A DNA stretch of 64,000 nucleotides from positions 2,046,001 to 2,110,000 of the forward strand of contig JBLDXI010000002.1 of the NCBI GenBank assembly GCA_047495785.1, in the 5' to 3' direction. The notes under the pieces are model-generated. The model did no database searches and was not told the DNA's origin. It was given only the letters and a program-made list of their open reading frames with translations. The position numbers and the translations under genes are program-made. Within the stretch, counting starts at the first letter, position 1. Each line of letters opens with the position of its first letter. Below, one piece after another: positions 11,954 through 24,613 of this stretch. This DNA comes from Lepidodermella squamata. Its lineage: Eukaryota > Animalia > Gastrotricha.

Positions 11954-12807
11954 TTCCCGCAACGAAGTGCTCTGGCTACTTTTGAGCAAGCCTAAAATAA
12001 CTCGAATTTGTTTTCTTTTTTTTTAAATAATTATGCCGGTCAAGTTGTGATTATAGCCCGGGTGATACCGAAGATTTATGAAACTGGTCGAGGCATTTTG
12101 ATTGAGACTGGTTGAACCGTTCCAATAATTCTTAGATTATAAATTGCTGCTCTAAAATTTATGCTTATATTTTCCCAATAAAAGGAGTTTTTGTATTTTT
12201 GCGGATTTTTTTAATAAAAGTACAAGGGATAAAATAATACGTTCCGGATTAATTTTTTTTATTTCAGCTGGTTGCAGATGAAAGCTTCTGAACAATTAAC
12301 CGCTCATAGGAATTGAGAGCTATCCCCATGGAAAATTTTGTTTTTGGCTGCTGAAGTTCATAATTTACACTTATTTTCTGGCACGAATATTGTTATGGAA
12401 ACGAAAGACGAAGTCGCAAAATTAGTGAATTTGCAAGATTTTTCGCCTCAGATTTACCAATATTCAATTTTAAAGCGGAAGTAGTTTTTTTGCTAAAAGC
12501 GTTAAAAAATTCAACTTCAAAAAAACTGGGCCCAAAATAAAGTTTATTTTCCGGAAACTGACAAAAGACCGGAAACTCTTGTATTTTACATCGTTAACTG
12601 AACAATTTTTCACAGTTTGATCTTAATTATTATTTTACAGAGGGAATATTTTTCGGCAAGACATAATCATGGGCTAAACCGGTAAACACCTAGTCTTCGT
12701 AAAAATTCTTTACAGTAAATTCAAGAAAGAGCGCGCACATGAATCATTAATAATGCAAGAGAGATAAGAGCGCCGTTTTTTGCCGTAAAAATGAGTTATG
12801 TTGTAAG

Positions 12808-14606
12808 ATGAATCATCATCAATTTCGCCATCCCGTAAAACGTTGTGCCGAGCGCTATTTTCCCAGTTTCTACAGGTATAATCTACCGGATTCGACTTCT
12901 TCAGCGACTGGGTCCCGTATCGGGTTTAAATTAGAAAAGATGCTTAGCTTACCGAAAACTAACCAAGAATCGCTCGGCAATTGGCAGGTTCCTGCTCGCT
13001 TGAACGGGCAAAAATTCATTCAAGCCAGGAAGCGTCCCAGCCAAGACTATGAAGGATATTATCGCGAACCACCGAATAAGCGGATAAATTGGTTTCAAGA
13101 GGCAGAAAGACATGACTATTATTCGACAGCTCAAACTGACAACTGGCACCTTGATTTGCTGCCCAATTCTCAAAATCAGACAAATTCTTCGATGTTGTTG
13201 CCATCACAGCCGGATTTCGATCTGTTGTCGTTAGAAATGAACCGATTCACGCTTACTAGTATTAGCCCGGTATGCCTTTTCTAAGAGCTTTGAAACGTTG
13301 AGTATTGAATATGACTAATTTTTCAAGGAATATGAATTCATCGAAGGACCGTCGCAAATGACTCATCTTACACTTTGGCCTGAGTCAACACTTGAGCCGG
13401 TCCCTATCGGCACCCATTTTGACAAAGGAATATTTTATACTAGTTTACCAATGTCAATACCGAGCTCATCAGCTACTGCTACTCCCAACTACGCTCCGTT
13501 CTCCAACTTCCCCTTACGGGCGAAAGGTTAACCTTTAAACTCCATTTCTTTATGTCTCATGTATGTTTTTCTCTAATACAGATCTACCCCGATGTTGGCA
13601 CAGTGACCATATTGAAGCATGGGTTTCAAAGAAAATTCCCTATTTCAGCTTCGCAAAACCGGTCGTCCGATGCATTCATTCTAGAAAATGCTCTTTCAAG
13701 GTAAATTTTTGGATAAAAATTGAAAATTTGCACAAAATTCCAATATTTTAGCTCCCGGAATACCTGAGCCAATACATGCGGGATGAATTGAACGGACAGG
13801 TTGAGGATACTTACACCCGTCATACCATAGCAATATTTCTCGAGAATGACAAACATGACTTGCTGATTTCCATGATTTTCGTAAAGCAACATGGGGCAGA
13901 TTCGATCGAGTCCAATCGCCGGCGAGTAGCCTTATCATGCCAATCGTGCTTAGAAGCCGTTGATTTGTCGCCTGAGATATATAGTTACGCAAACGAGGTG
14001 CTGCTTGAGGCAGTAAGCGGCTATTTTATCATGCTTGGGTCGTGCCGTTTCAATACAGCTCATTTTCGAGGGAACGATGCGACGAGTCAGCAATGGTGCC
14101 GGGGTCTAATCGATCGAGCGATTGAATCTGGGGCAATAATTGACTGCAAAAAGATTGATGGCAGCGAGCGAATCTATAACTTCTACGAATGGATGGCTCG
14201 CATGAGCTGTCGAAGGCAGATACGGAAAATGCCGCTTTTCGAATATGGCACTTTGCCCAGAGTCATCGACGAAACGATTCGCCGGCAATTGAACTCGAAG
14301 AAAGAAGCATTTGACGAGAGAAGTATGTGGCTATCCGTGAATAATACGCTAAAGGAAGAAAATGACTCGATTTTCGTAGCAGTTCTATCTCACGAGTCGG
14401 CAGGTTTACTACCGAGATGCACGTGCAAAGTTTGCTCTAATGCATACGACTGCCGGTTCTTCAGCTCTGATTATCTGGGATCCGCAAATTCCGCATTTGA
14501 TTGCTGGGAAAATTTCCAGTCGTTTCGCAGTATCAATTCATTATCATTCGGTAGCTTCGCTAATGCAATTGCTTCAACGTCACGTTTCATTCAGCTTTAT
14601 AGATAA
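12808..14606 (+). CDS. Stand-alone divergent p300/CBP-like (KAT11) HAT-domain protein, paralogue 2 (exons ~12808/12940-13269, 13328-13526, 13582-13700, 13752-14606; start uncertain)
   Basis: Clear paralogue of 9602-11953 (HTIAIFL..DKHDLLISMIF, SNRRRV, SQQWCRGLIDRAIE, RIYNFYEW, MPLFE, MWLSVN, FVAVL). Shares the phase-0 intron just before LP. Confidence 0.72.
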
Positions 14607-14797
14607 GTTGAAACTGAGTTCTTTGTTCGAAAGCTGGTGTGAAAATAAAAAATTAGGGCGTTCTTTGTTGTCGTTCTCAGGAGTAGTCGTGCTGTTTCCA
14701 CGATCTGACGAGGTAACAAAGGAAACAGTGATTTGTTGTAACATGCATGATTCACAGGCGAGGGGCGAGGGTCACGACTGATTTTGCGCGGTGAACC

Positions 14798-14806
14798 TAT
14801 ATAAAT
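14798..14806 (+). promoter_or_regulatory. Candidate TATA box for the secreted Gly/Gln-rich gene
   Basis: CTATATAAA about 80 bp upstream of ATG 14880. Confidence 0.5.
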
Positions 14807-14879
14807 GAGCGATTTTGGCAGGAAAAATTAAACTTAAATTGAATTTTTACTCCCAGCTGGCCTGGTTTCTAACAAAATA

Positions 14880-15482
14880 ATGACATTCACAACTTTCTCA
14901 AAAGTACTAGTTCTTCTGGGCTTTCTCAGCGTTGGTGAGAGCTGTATGATGGGCTCAAATGGTGATCAATCATCGACTCAAGGATCAAACAATTCTTCGA
15001 TGCAAGGCGGGTTCGACGACTACGACGGGCAGCAGTCTCAAAACTCCGGGATGCGTAACCTACTCCAGGGCGGTATGCAGATGATCGGAAGTATGCAGGG
15101 TGGACGAGGCAATAACCAAAGGTCGAATCAAACTCGAAGCCAGCAACCGGGCGGCCGCATGTTTAACAACTCCAGCAGCGGGTTCGACATTTCTGGAAAC
15201 TTCAATGGCACCCTGAGTCGCAGGCGAGATGACATTGGCAACGGGTCTTCTACGTCCATGGACAATAATGACCAAGGCGGCCGTCGACGTGGTGGCCCTG
15301 GTGGTATGGGTCAAGGTGGCCCAGGGGGTATGCTCGGTGGAATCTCGCCTCAGCTGGTTCAAAGCGTTCTTCAAAGTGGAGTCCTCAACAACTTCATCGG
15401 TGGTGGCGGCAATTCGCAAGGCGGCATGAGAAACGGACGTCAGCAGAATCCTCCAGCGGACTACGGAAATCCCGACCAATAA
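14880..15482 (+). CDS. Secreted low-complexity Gly/Gln/Asn/Met-rich protein, 200 aa, intronless
   Basis: Signal peptide MTFTTFSKVLVLLGFLSVGES followed by C-M-M; MQGG and GGPGG repeats; two RRR sites; AATAAA overlapping the stop. Confidence 0.8.
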   Translation: MTFTTFSKVLVLLGFLSVGESCMMGSNGDQSSTQGSNNSSMQGGFDDYDGQQSQNSGMRNLLQGGMQMIGSMQGGRGNNQRSNQTRSQQPGGRMFNNSSSGFDISGNFNGTLSRRRDDIGNGSSTSMDNNDQGGRRRGGPGGMGQGGPGGMLGGISPQLVQSVLQSGVLNNFIGGGGNSQGGMRNGRQQNPPADYGNPDQ

Positions 15483-15698
15483 AAATTACGAACATCTGAC
15501 GAAACATGATTTTTTTAAGTATGTCGCAGTAACAGAGCAATATCTGGGCTGATATTTGTTCGATAAAACCGCTAAGAGATAAGAGAGCTACTTTTTACAG
15601 CAATGAGCCACCCACCATGAAAAAACAAGCAGGCCATCACAATTAAGTGGTCGCTTTTTTACAGATATACTGTCAATAAAAAATTACAGTCACTGTAA

Positions 15699-17374
15699 AT
15701 GTCTGGCACTTTTTTCTACAACGCTAGTTACGGCTCGGTGACCATACACCGTCAGAGCTCATTGTTGCAGAGGCAAAGTTCATCGGTAGCTTTCCAACGA
15801 CAAATCTCGGCTGTTAAACAGGTAACCATACCCGAGCCGGTTCCACAGAAAGATGAATCCGTCAAAGAAACGACCCCTCTACAAGTTCCGACTGGGAGAT
15901 TCGGACGATTTATGACTCCAAAATTTATTCGCGGCGTAAATTTGGGCTTGATGTGTCTTGCAATTTTCGGCTACGGCATGTGCACATCTCTTTTTGCGCC
16001 TTTCTTCCCGACAGAAGCTGAAGAACGCGGAGTTTCGTCAACTGTTGTCGGCCTCATTTTCTCGTCATACACATTCATGATGTTCGTCGGGACGCTTGTA
16101 AGTGGTGTTCTAGCGAAACACTTGGGGTTGAAGTTCATGATCGGCGCCGGTATGTTTATGGCCGGGGGAGCGACTATCCTATTCGGATTCTTAGATCAAG
16201 CGCCAGCCGGAGACAGCTACGTCATTCTATGCTTTGCAGTTCGAATAATTCAAGGTGCTGGGGCAAGCATGTAAGATGCGAAAATTTACTTCTCCAGATT
16301 CTAATTTGAACCAAATAGGTACATGACGGCTTCTTACAGCGTCTCCGCAGCTCTTTACCCCGACGACATTGCGTTTGTTTACGCCCTGATGGAAACCGCG
16401 AATAACATCGGTCGAATCATTGGACCAAGTGCTGGAGGGGGTCTGTACACACTCGGAGGTTTCTCTCTACCTTTCCTCGTCGTTGGATCGATGCTACTCT
16501 TCTTCGGCGCATTTTCCCTTCTCGCTCTTACGTTGACTGCAAGAGCAATGCCTATGCTTGATGGTTTAACGAGTGACTCGAATGAAGGCGAACAGGCTCA
16601 ATCGATATCTTGGTTAAAATACTACCGTGTATCAGTCCACGCTTGGGTTTTGTCGATATCTCAAGCGTTATCCGCTTCCCTTCTCACATTTCCAGAGCCT
16701 ACATTATCCGTCTACCTCGCAACTTTAGGCCTGGATGACGCGTCTTTAGTTGGACTCGTCTTTCTCGGCGGTTCTCTGGCTTACTCAATTTTCTGCCTTG
16801 GCCTTGGAAAAATGGCTGATCGATTTCCCAAATACTCGTACTGGGTAATTGCGAATTCATCTATATCAGATTGAAGTAATATTTCCGTTTCTGACAGTTT
16901 TTAGCAACCGGGGCTCTTATCGTCTTAATTGGCATGCTTCTGATTGGACCTACTCCACCCTTGCAAAAAGTCTTGCCACCTTCAGTTGCCCTAACTATTG
17001 CCGGCAATACCATGATTTACATCGGAATTTCTTTCCTATTGTCAACAGTTCCTCAAGCATTACTTTCCTCAGTTCGTGGCGCAGGTTACCCTGAAGGTTT
17101 CGAAACCAGTAGTTACATCGCCACGCTGTACAACGGCACCTGGTTTGCCGGTGGCTGTTTCGGTCCAACAGTTTCTGGAGCCCTCGTTGATGCGATGGAT
17201 TTCCCTCGAGCTGCTACAGTTATGGCTGGGGTGGCTCTAGTCTTATTAATCAATTTGATTATCGGTGAAGTGAGTGATCGATGTGGAGCTTGCAAGAACA
17301 CCAAACGGTCAGATGACTACCAGCAAATATTGGAGTCATCGAAAACGTTATCGGTGCACCGACCGAAAATTTAA
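15699..17374 (+). CDS. MFS transporter, SLC18B1-like, copy 1 (exons 15699-16270, 16319-16844, 16898-17374)
   Basis: SLFAPFFPTEAEERGVS..VVGLIFS, FGFLD, R.IQGAG, GRIIGPSAGGGLY..GGFSLPF, FPEPTL, G..FGP..SGAL: typical SLC18B1/C6orf192 motifs, ~12 TMs. Confidence 0.88.
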
Positions 17375-17665
17375 ATAGTCTTGTGCATTTAGCATTTATT
17401 CTTCACTATTAAACAGACGGCTAAAGTGTTTGTCTTCACTCTGAATAAAGACTCGGGGGAGCCGGTCTAGACTGCGTAGTAACATCGTCATTAACAACAC
17501 TTCACTATAATATATTTGAATAAGCAATATGTTTTTTGCGAAAGTTGAAGAAACAATGCACTACAAACAAGTCGAGCGGAGACGGTGGAAGCTAGGTGCG
17601 GGGATCGTTGAACAAGTAAATTTTAGTAAGCGTAGAGAACAAAGCATCATAGACTATTGCTATTG

Positions 17666-19122
17666 ATGGCTTCCGAAGCAGAATCATCCAAGGTGTTAAT
17701 TACCAGTAACAACGAAGCTGCAGAACCTGCAAAGAAAGTGAAAAGAGATAGTATCGCTCCTGCCTTGGAACGCGCCAGTAGCAGCGCGGAGAGCTGGCTA
17801 CTCTCGCCCAAGGTACTTCGAGCAGCCAATTTAACCGTCATGTGCGTCGCAATCCTAGGTTACGGAATGTGTTACTCAGTCTTTGCGCCATTTTTCCCTC
17901 TTGAGGCCGAAAGGCGCGGAGTCTCCGCCACAATCGTCGGGTTGATATTCGCGACGTATAACGTTGTCATGTTGATTGGGACATTTTTAACTCGCTTCCT
18001 CGTCACTCATCTCGGCCTTCAATTTATGCTGGGATCTGGCATGTTTCTAGCGGGCGCTTCCACTATTTTGTTTGGTTTTCTCGACACAGCGCCGCCTGGA
18101 GCAAGTTACATAGCATTATGCTTCGTTGCAAGGGCTATCGAAGGAGCTGGAGCTAGCATGTACATGACTGCAACCTACAGCATTTCAGGAGCTATCTACC
18201 CGGAAAATGTGTCGTTCGTATACGCCCTTATAGAAACATTTAACTCTGTCGGCCGAATAATCGGACCAAGCGTTGGCGCTTGGCTATTCAGATTAGGTGG
18301 ATTCCCTCTTCCATTCTTTTTTGTCGGCGTCTCCTTGATTGTCATCGGAGTGATCACATTGATTGTCCATATTGCTTCCTTGAAGTATCTACCCGACCTT
18401 GATGCTTTGGCAAACCAGCAGACTGCCAAATCAAGCCAATCAATATCGTGGTTTCACTACTATCGAGTGTCAACTCAGGCGTGGATATTGTCCATATCAC
18501 AAATTCTTATGTCTTTCCTGTTTTCTTTTCCTGAGCCGACGCTAGCACTTTATTTTGCTAAACTGGGAATGAGAGATGTCGCTTTTGTCGGAGTGGTATT
18601 CCTTAGCGGATCTCTTGTATACTCATTACTAAGCATCGGAATCGGAAAATTCGCAGATCATTACCCCAAATGGAATAATGGGGTGAGTTAGTTTTTCATT
18701 ATTATTTATTACCTGTCTAAACTGGTTATTCTTGTCAGGTTAGGATATTGGGGGCAGCAATACTAGTATTTTCAATGGTAATTATTGGGCCTATTGAACA
18801 GCTTGGCTTTCTTCTCAAGCCATCGATATCCATGACCGTTGCAGGAAACACCTTCATTTATATTGGAATAGCTTTTATTCTATCGCCTGTGCCCCAAGCC
18901 CTGCTGATTTCGGTTCGTAAGGCAGGTTATCCTGATGGGATTGAGACTAGTTCGTTCATCGCCACCATCTACAACGGAATGTGGTTCGTTGGTGGAAGTT
19001 TTGGACCGGCTGCGGCTGGGGCTCTTATGGATGCTATCAGCTTCGAATGGGCTGCGATGACAATGGCAGGAATCTCACTTTTTCTCATGTTTATGCTGAT
19101 TTTTGGCTCTAAATTTGTTTAA
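17666..19122 (+). CDS. MFS transporter, SLC18B1-like, copy 2 (exons 17666-18682, 18739-19122)
   Basis: Same motifs; single GT-AG intron at the family-conserved position. Confidence 0.88.
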
Positions 19123-20204
19123 AACTAGTAAATTGAAATATTTTATGCAAAATGAAGCAGTGTGAAATTTACGCATTCGTAAATTCAGGCTTGCACTTGC
19201 CCAATCTTCGCTCCTGATCGTTATTGGGACCCTTCCTAATCAATGCACTTTCGAAAATTGGCTCATCCTTGCAGTCAACAAATGGCTATAACTAAAATTC
19301 GATAATTGTTTCTATTATTTCGTCAGGATTCGTATCCTGAATTCTTAGAACATTTCTTTACTCTTGCATTGCTAAAGGAAGCGCTTTTTTTGAAGCCTAG
19401 ATTTCATGCACCTTAGCGACGCGTACAGTTGCTCGGCAACAACAAAAGCCGCGCTATTTTAGGCTTCGCAAGGGTATTTCCAGGTACAAGTGTTATTTCA
19501 TAATGAATAGCAAATATCCCTATATTGCTTTACCTATCAAACGTGAAATTATGGCACGTTAAATTGAAACCGAAATAAGAATGGGCTTAATTATTGTTTT
19601 TATTGGCAGTAGTCACTCATCATGTCTCAGAGGTCGCGAATATCGGCGGTTTGTTCTGCTGCAATTCTAGTCAAATTTGGATAGATTATCAACATTTTTA
19701 TTCAAATTTATCAACATTTTCAAGTTTTTCACTATCCAAATTTAGGAATATCTGATGCGATATTTCTTTATTGTGACAGGTATGCCAGGTGGGTTAGTGA
19801 TGAATCTCGTAATTACGCGCATTATGCGCTGTGAGCTTACGAGTTATACCTGGGACTCGGAGCCGATATCGATTCCACATATCGATTTTACAAATCAGTG
19901 ATTTTTCCGATATCGGCAACCTTGGAAACCAGTATTGAAACGTGTTTCCACCTAGCAGGTAGGTTCTCACGGGGAATCAGTATCGATCAAGAAAAGAATC
20001 GAAAAAATGTGGTTCAAGACTCTTGAATTTAGACTGGACCCATTTCTTTAGAGTTATCAACAAAACTCAATCAGCGAGATTCTTTCATTTTTATTCATAG
20101 TCACCCCGCGAAACTGGTGGTAATAAAATGACAGCAAAAAAAGCGTGAAAATCACTGGTAACGCAGATAATAAGTAATGAGCAGTAGTTCTTGCGGACGG
20201 AAAT

Positions 20205-23200
20205 TCAGCGTATGTAATTCGCCTGGGCCATTTCCGGGCTCGTGAAAGCCGTCAAATTGGCGAGTTCATCGCGCGAAGTCGCCGGCGAGTACAAATGCAC
20301 CTGTCGCACGTGCGTATCTCGCCCGTTTTGGTGGTTCGACAAAATCGTGAGCTGGACTACAAACGCCCGCAGCGGGTTCGTAATCGCGTCCAAACTGCCG
20401 GCCGCCGTCGCTTCCCAGTCGGCGGACGACGCTGCCAGAGAGGCCTGCTGCTGTTGCTGGCGAGCGTGGGCGGCCGCTGAGGCTGAGGCGGAGAGGCGAA
20501 GGTTGCCTTTAAGGGGGATTACGACCCAACCGACGGGTTCAGTCAACTCGACGGCTTCCACTTCGTAGAGATCGAGAAAACTTGTACCAGCGCGAATTGA
20601 GAGTCTATGAAAAAATTAATCATAAAATTAAAAAAAAATCTCGGGTCTACATCATTCCATCGAACTAATAATTTCTTTCCGCGAACCATTTTCACTTAAA
20701 ACGTCGGAAATATATAAAAAAGGTTAAAACTAAATTAAACCATCGGAAAGTCATTTTACTGCATTATTACATCGAAACATTAGCTTAATTTATCGAACGT
20801 GATCTTAATTTATCGGAACATGAGCTTTCGGAATATGGAATGCGCGCGAACTGATTTGAAACAGCTCGCCATAGCATCATTCAATCATTCTTTAGTTTTA
20901 CTCTTCGATATTGGATTTTTCTAGAAAATATGAATTACTGATGATGAATAAGTAGAATCAGAAGCTTATGAGGATGGCATTTTCATGATGAGGATGACAT
21001 AGAGACTATTCCTCCTAGGTAGCTGCGCGTTAGCGTAATAATTGAGTTGTACCTATAGCTCCGCTCTTTGTGGTCGCGCAATCATCTAGCTTTCATCCTG
21101 TTGACGAAGTTGAGTTTGATGATGAGGAGAACGGCCTTCATTCGCGAGGGGCTTATCAAGAATCATCTTCGTCTGGTTATTTTACTACGGCCATAGGGAC
21201 TGTCATTTGGCATCGAAGCATTGCGACTGATGAGGCACTTTCACGTGAAAATAATGAATGGCCGCTAGCGGTTTGGAAATGTTAAGATTAAGATTAAGGA
21301 TTAAGGTATAAGGTAGATTAAGGTGAAAGATTAAGGTATTTTCCGACGCTCATAAGTCAAATTGTAGCTTAAATTCAACGACTTGCTCCCCGCTTTCAGC
21401 TCGCTTTAATACCAAGTACCACGTACCGAGGTATTCCGACGGTTTCAGTAGAGTATTAGATGACCGTTGACAAGGGAAAATTTGGTTTTGGCGAACTTAC
21501 TATTTTTCTCTGCAAATCGCCAAAGCGGACTTAAAGATGGCCATTATCGAACTCTGATAATATAATATAATACAATACAATAAAAATAAGATAAGATAAC
21601 AGTTTTCTTGAGGATCTTGAATTTTCGAATTTCAGACTCCTAGTAAACTCCTATCTTCCTTATGAAAGACCCAGGATCAGTTTGATTAGACCCAGGAAAC
21701 CCCTATAAGTGTCGCTGGAACTTCTTACCGATTTAGGTTGACGTAGGGACACAAGGCTGATTCACTAAATTATTTGAATTTCTAGCGAGAATCTAACCTC
21801 AGAGTATCCTAAAAAATGTCGATTTCTCGAAGCCTAACCCGTGGACGCGGTCGAGCTGTTATCGTATACAAGAAGAGCCAACTGCTAGTATACGAGCTCA
21901 AGGCCGTGGGCATGATCGAGCTAGCCGCTAGCCGTGTTCGTGCTTGATTTTCAATTTATACTATAAACTATAATATTACCCCGTGACTCGTTTCGTAATT
22001 GGTGATTTAACGATGTCTTAAACTATCGGAATAATATTTAAATATTAAATACGAATTTCCGATGAATGTAGAATAAAAATTATATTTTGATGGTTCCGAT
22101 GGTTTAAGTAAAAATGGTTCGCGGAAAGAAATTATTAGTTCGATGGTTTCATGTTACTTCAAAATCTCGAAGGACAAAATTAAAGGCAGATTTAAATTGC
22201 AGTAATGCACGGTAATTTTTGACACGTAAACATGGACACTTTTAGGCTAAAACTATCAGATTTCGTCCAAAATTAACTTCAAGGTGCTTAATAATCGATT
22301 TTCCGATTGTTCTCTCGAAGGGAAAACTATTTCTTGCGAGGAAATTAAAAGCCGGCATCTACCTTAATTTCATTTGCTAATACAATTAGACCATGAAGAA
22401 TTTGTGTTTTCTGGAAGTAAAAACCCCACCTTCATTTTCTTTCCTATTCGAGAACCTAGAAACTCACACGGTCGTTGCATATGCAAATTAACTTTCGAGA
22501 TTGTCCGCCAATTGCCTAACCACATTTAAATTGCCAAAAATAAATTAAAAATCGAAAAATTCTTAAAATTTGCGGCGCCATATATTTTTGAGGTTTTTCG
22601 ACAATAAATCATTCCAATCAGAAATTGCCTTTCTCATATTTCGTTCAAAGTTGGGAAATTTTTGAATTTTGAAGAAAAGAATTCTTCTAAAGAAAAACAG
22701 AAAAATTGAAAAGAATGAATGCTTAGAAATGGATAAATGCCCCTTTTGTACCAATATTCTCCTTTTGAATGGTCCACGGTGCATCTTGCAATTATATGAT
22801 CTAGACTTTCTTTTGAGATCGCAGACTATTGAACTTCATAGAGAAACATACTAATAATTATGACTCATTTAACTGAATAAACACTGCCGAGGCAAGATAC
22901 TGTGCAAACAAGCCTTCCCACCAAACCTGGAATTACTTTTTTACACAAAGTGGTGAGAATTATATGGCGAATTCCTGCAAGAATGGGTCAACATTTAGAC
23001 CTACTAATCTTCTACTGAAATTCAAATGGTGATATAATTGTGAAATTAAATGAAATTTCATCTAGGGAAAATAACTTGAGGATGATTGACGATTGACGCT
23101 CAGAACCAGGGTAAATACCCATTCATTACCTAAATTATCCCCTTATGTTGGCATATGATACAAATAACTCACTTTTCAGGCGTGTAACTTTCATCCATCT

Positions 23201-23456
23201 TGACATTGACATGCAAGCAAACGTGTGAGATGGCGAATTTTCGAGGCAGGCTGATGTTAATGTAATGCGGCTGTTGGCCATCCGACTGCCAGTAGGTGTC
23301 AACACACTCGTCGCGCAATTTATCGACTCCGAATCCGGCTTTGCACGACGAAACGCTCCACACCGCAAACTGACCGATTTCAACCAAATTGAACTCACGC
23401 TCGAGTTTATCAGGCGATATTCCTTGATCACCTGTTAACTTGAGAGGAACAGTCAT
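20205..23456 (-). CDS. ANAPC10: Anaphase-promoting complex subunit 10 (DOC1); exons 23456-23173 and 20604-20205
   Basis: AVWSVSSCKAGFGVDKLRD, TYWQSDGQQPH, DESYTP, IRAGTSF, EPVGW, NHQNGRDTHVRQ and the C-terminal IR tail. Confidence 0.93.
20650..22153. mobile_element. Non-autonomous DNA transposon (~1.5 kb) with long terminal inverted repeats, inside the APC10 intron
   Basis: ccatcgaactaataatttctttccgcgaaccatttt (~20657-20692) is the exact reverse complement of ~22111-22146, with further degenerate matches on both sides and repeated subterminal ATCG(G/A)AA motifs. No transposase ORF. Confidence 0.75.
21282..21337. repeat. Degenerate (TTAAGA/TTAAGG)n tandem repeat
   Basis: ttaagattaagattaaggattaaggtataaggtagattaagg... 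Confidence 0.65.
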
Positions 23457-24613
23457 TTTTCGAAATTGTTCTAAAACGAAATTGAAAAAATCCACCTTAA
23501 ATTTTCAAGCGTTTTCAATTTATTATTTTCGCCTCGAAGATTTTTCACACATCGCGGGTAGTATTATCGCTCGAACACATGAATTCATATTTAAATAAGG
23601 CGTGTTTCAAATCAATATTTGATGGTTATTTCAGTGTGCTGTTGTTTGCCAAATAATTTTATTTTTGAAATCTAAAAAATCACGCGAAACATAGAGAAGA
23701 GAGAGCGAAAGAAAGAGAGAAAAAGACGCACACTTCTTAAATACCTATCATTTTTTCGATAATAATGTGGCTTAAAGATACAATTGGTATATAGTATATA
23801 TAATATTTTGTACAGATGAGCGGCTCAAAAAACAGAAAATCTTTTTATATTAAGATCGCGGCAAAATGAAAAATTACAACAATTTTACAAATTACTCGGC
23901 TGGGCGTTTTTGCTAAATAATTCCAGATGGCTAAATTTAATTATATCAAAACGTTTTCAATAATGATAAAAAGAGAGACATTTCTTCAACCAAAAACCAC
24001 ATGACTTGATTTCAACATTCTATGTATCGCAAACACTGGGCTCGTCATCAGTAATGATAATAATCAGATGCGTTGTTAACAGTTTCACGTTCCAAAGCTA
24101 CCTTAAGTTTGTGTCAACTTGGGTGAAATAGATCTAGGCGAGGCTGAAAATAAGGATTGAGCTAGCCGCTGCATTTTCAAAATGTATTCGAACGAAATCA
24201 ACAAGGACGTGTGGTGAGACTTGACAATTTTTCAGTAAGAAAAAGGAGCCGCAACTAAACCAGCATTCCCGTCTAGTTGCTGAGCTCGCGTAAAATATTC
24301 TCATATATAACAGTTCATACAAATCGAGACATGTCTGACTGGAGAGAAAGCAGAAGTTTTATCGCTTGTAATTCTTTTTGCTGCGACAGGGAAAACTTGA
24401 GTGTGAAAAACTTAGCTCAACTAGTGATAAAGGACAACAAAACTTGCTCTTGCCTTCTCAGGTAGCATTAAACATTTGTAACAACACAACGAAAATTAAG
24501 TAGTCATTTACAGTTTGATATTTGTTTTCTTTCATATCAATATATATATATTTATTCATTTCAATTTTCTCGAATATGAAAGGTCGAAATTCTGACAAAC
24601 TACAAATGATAGG

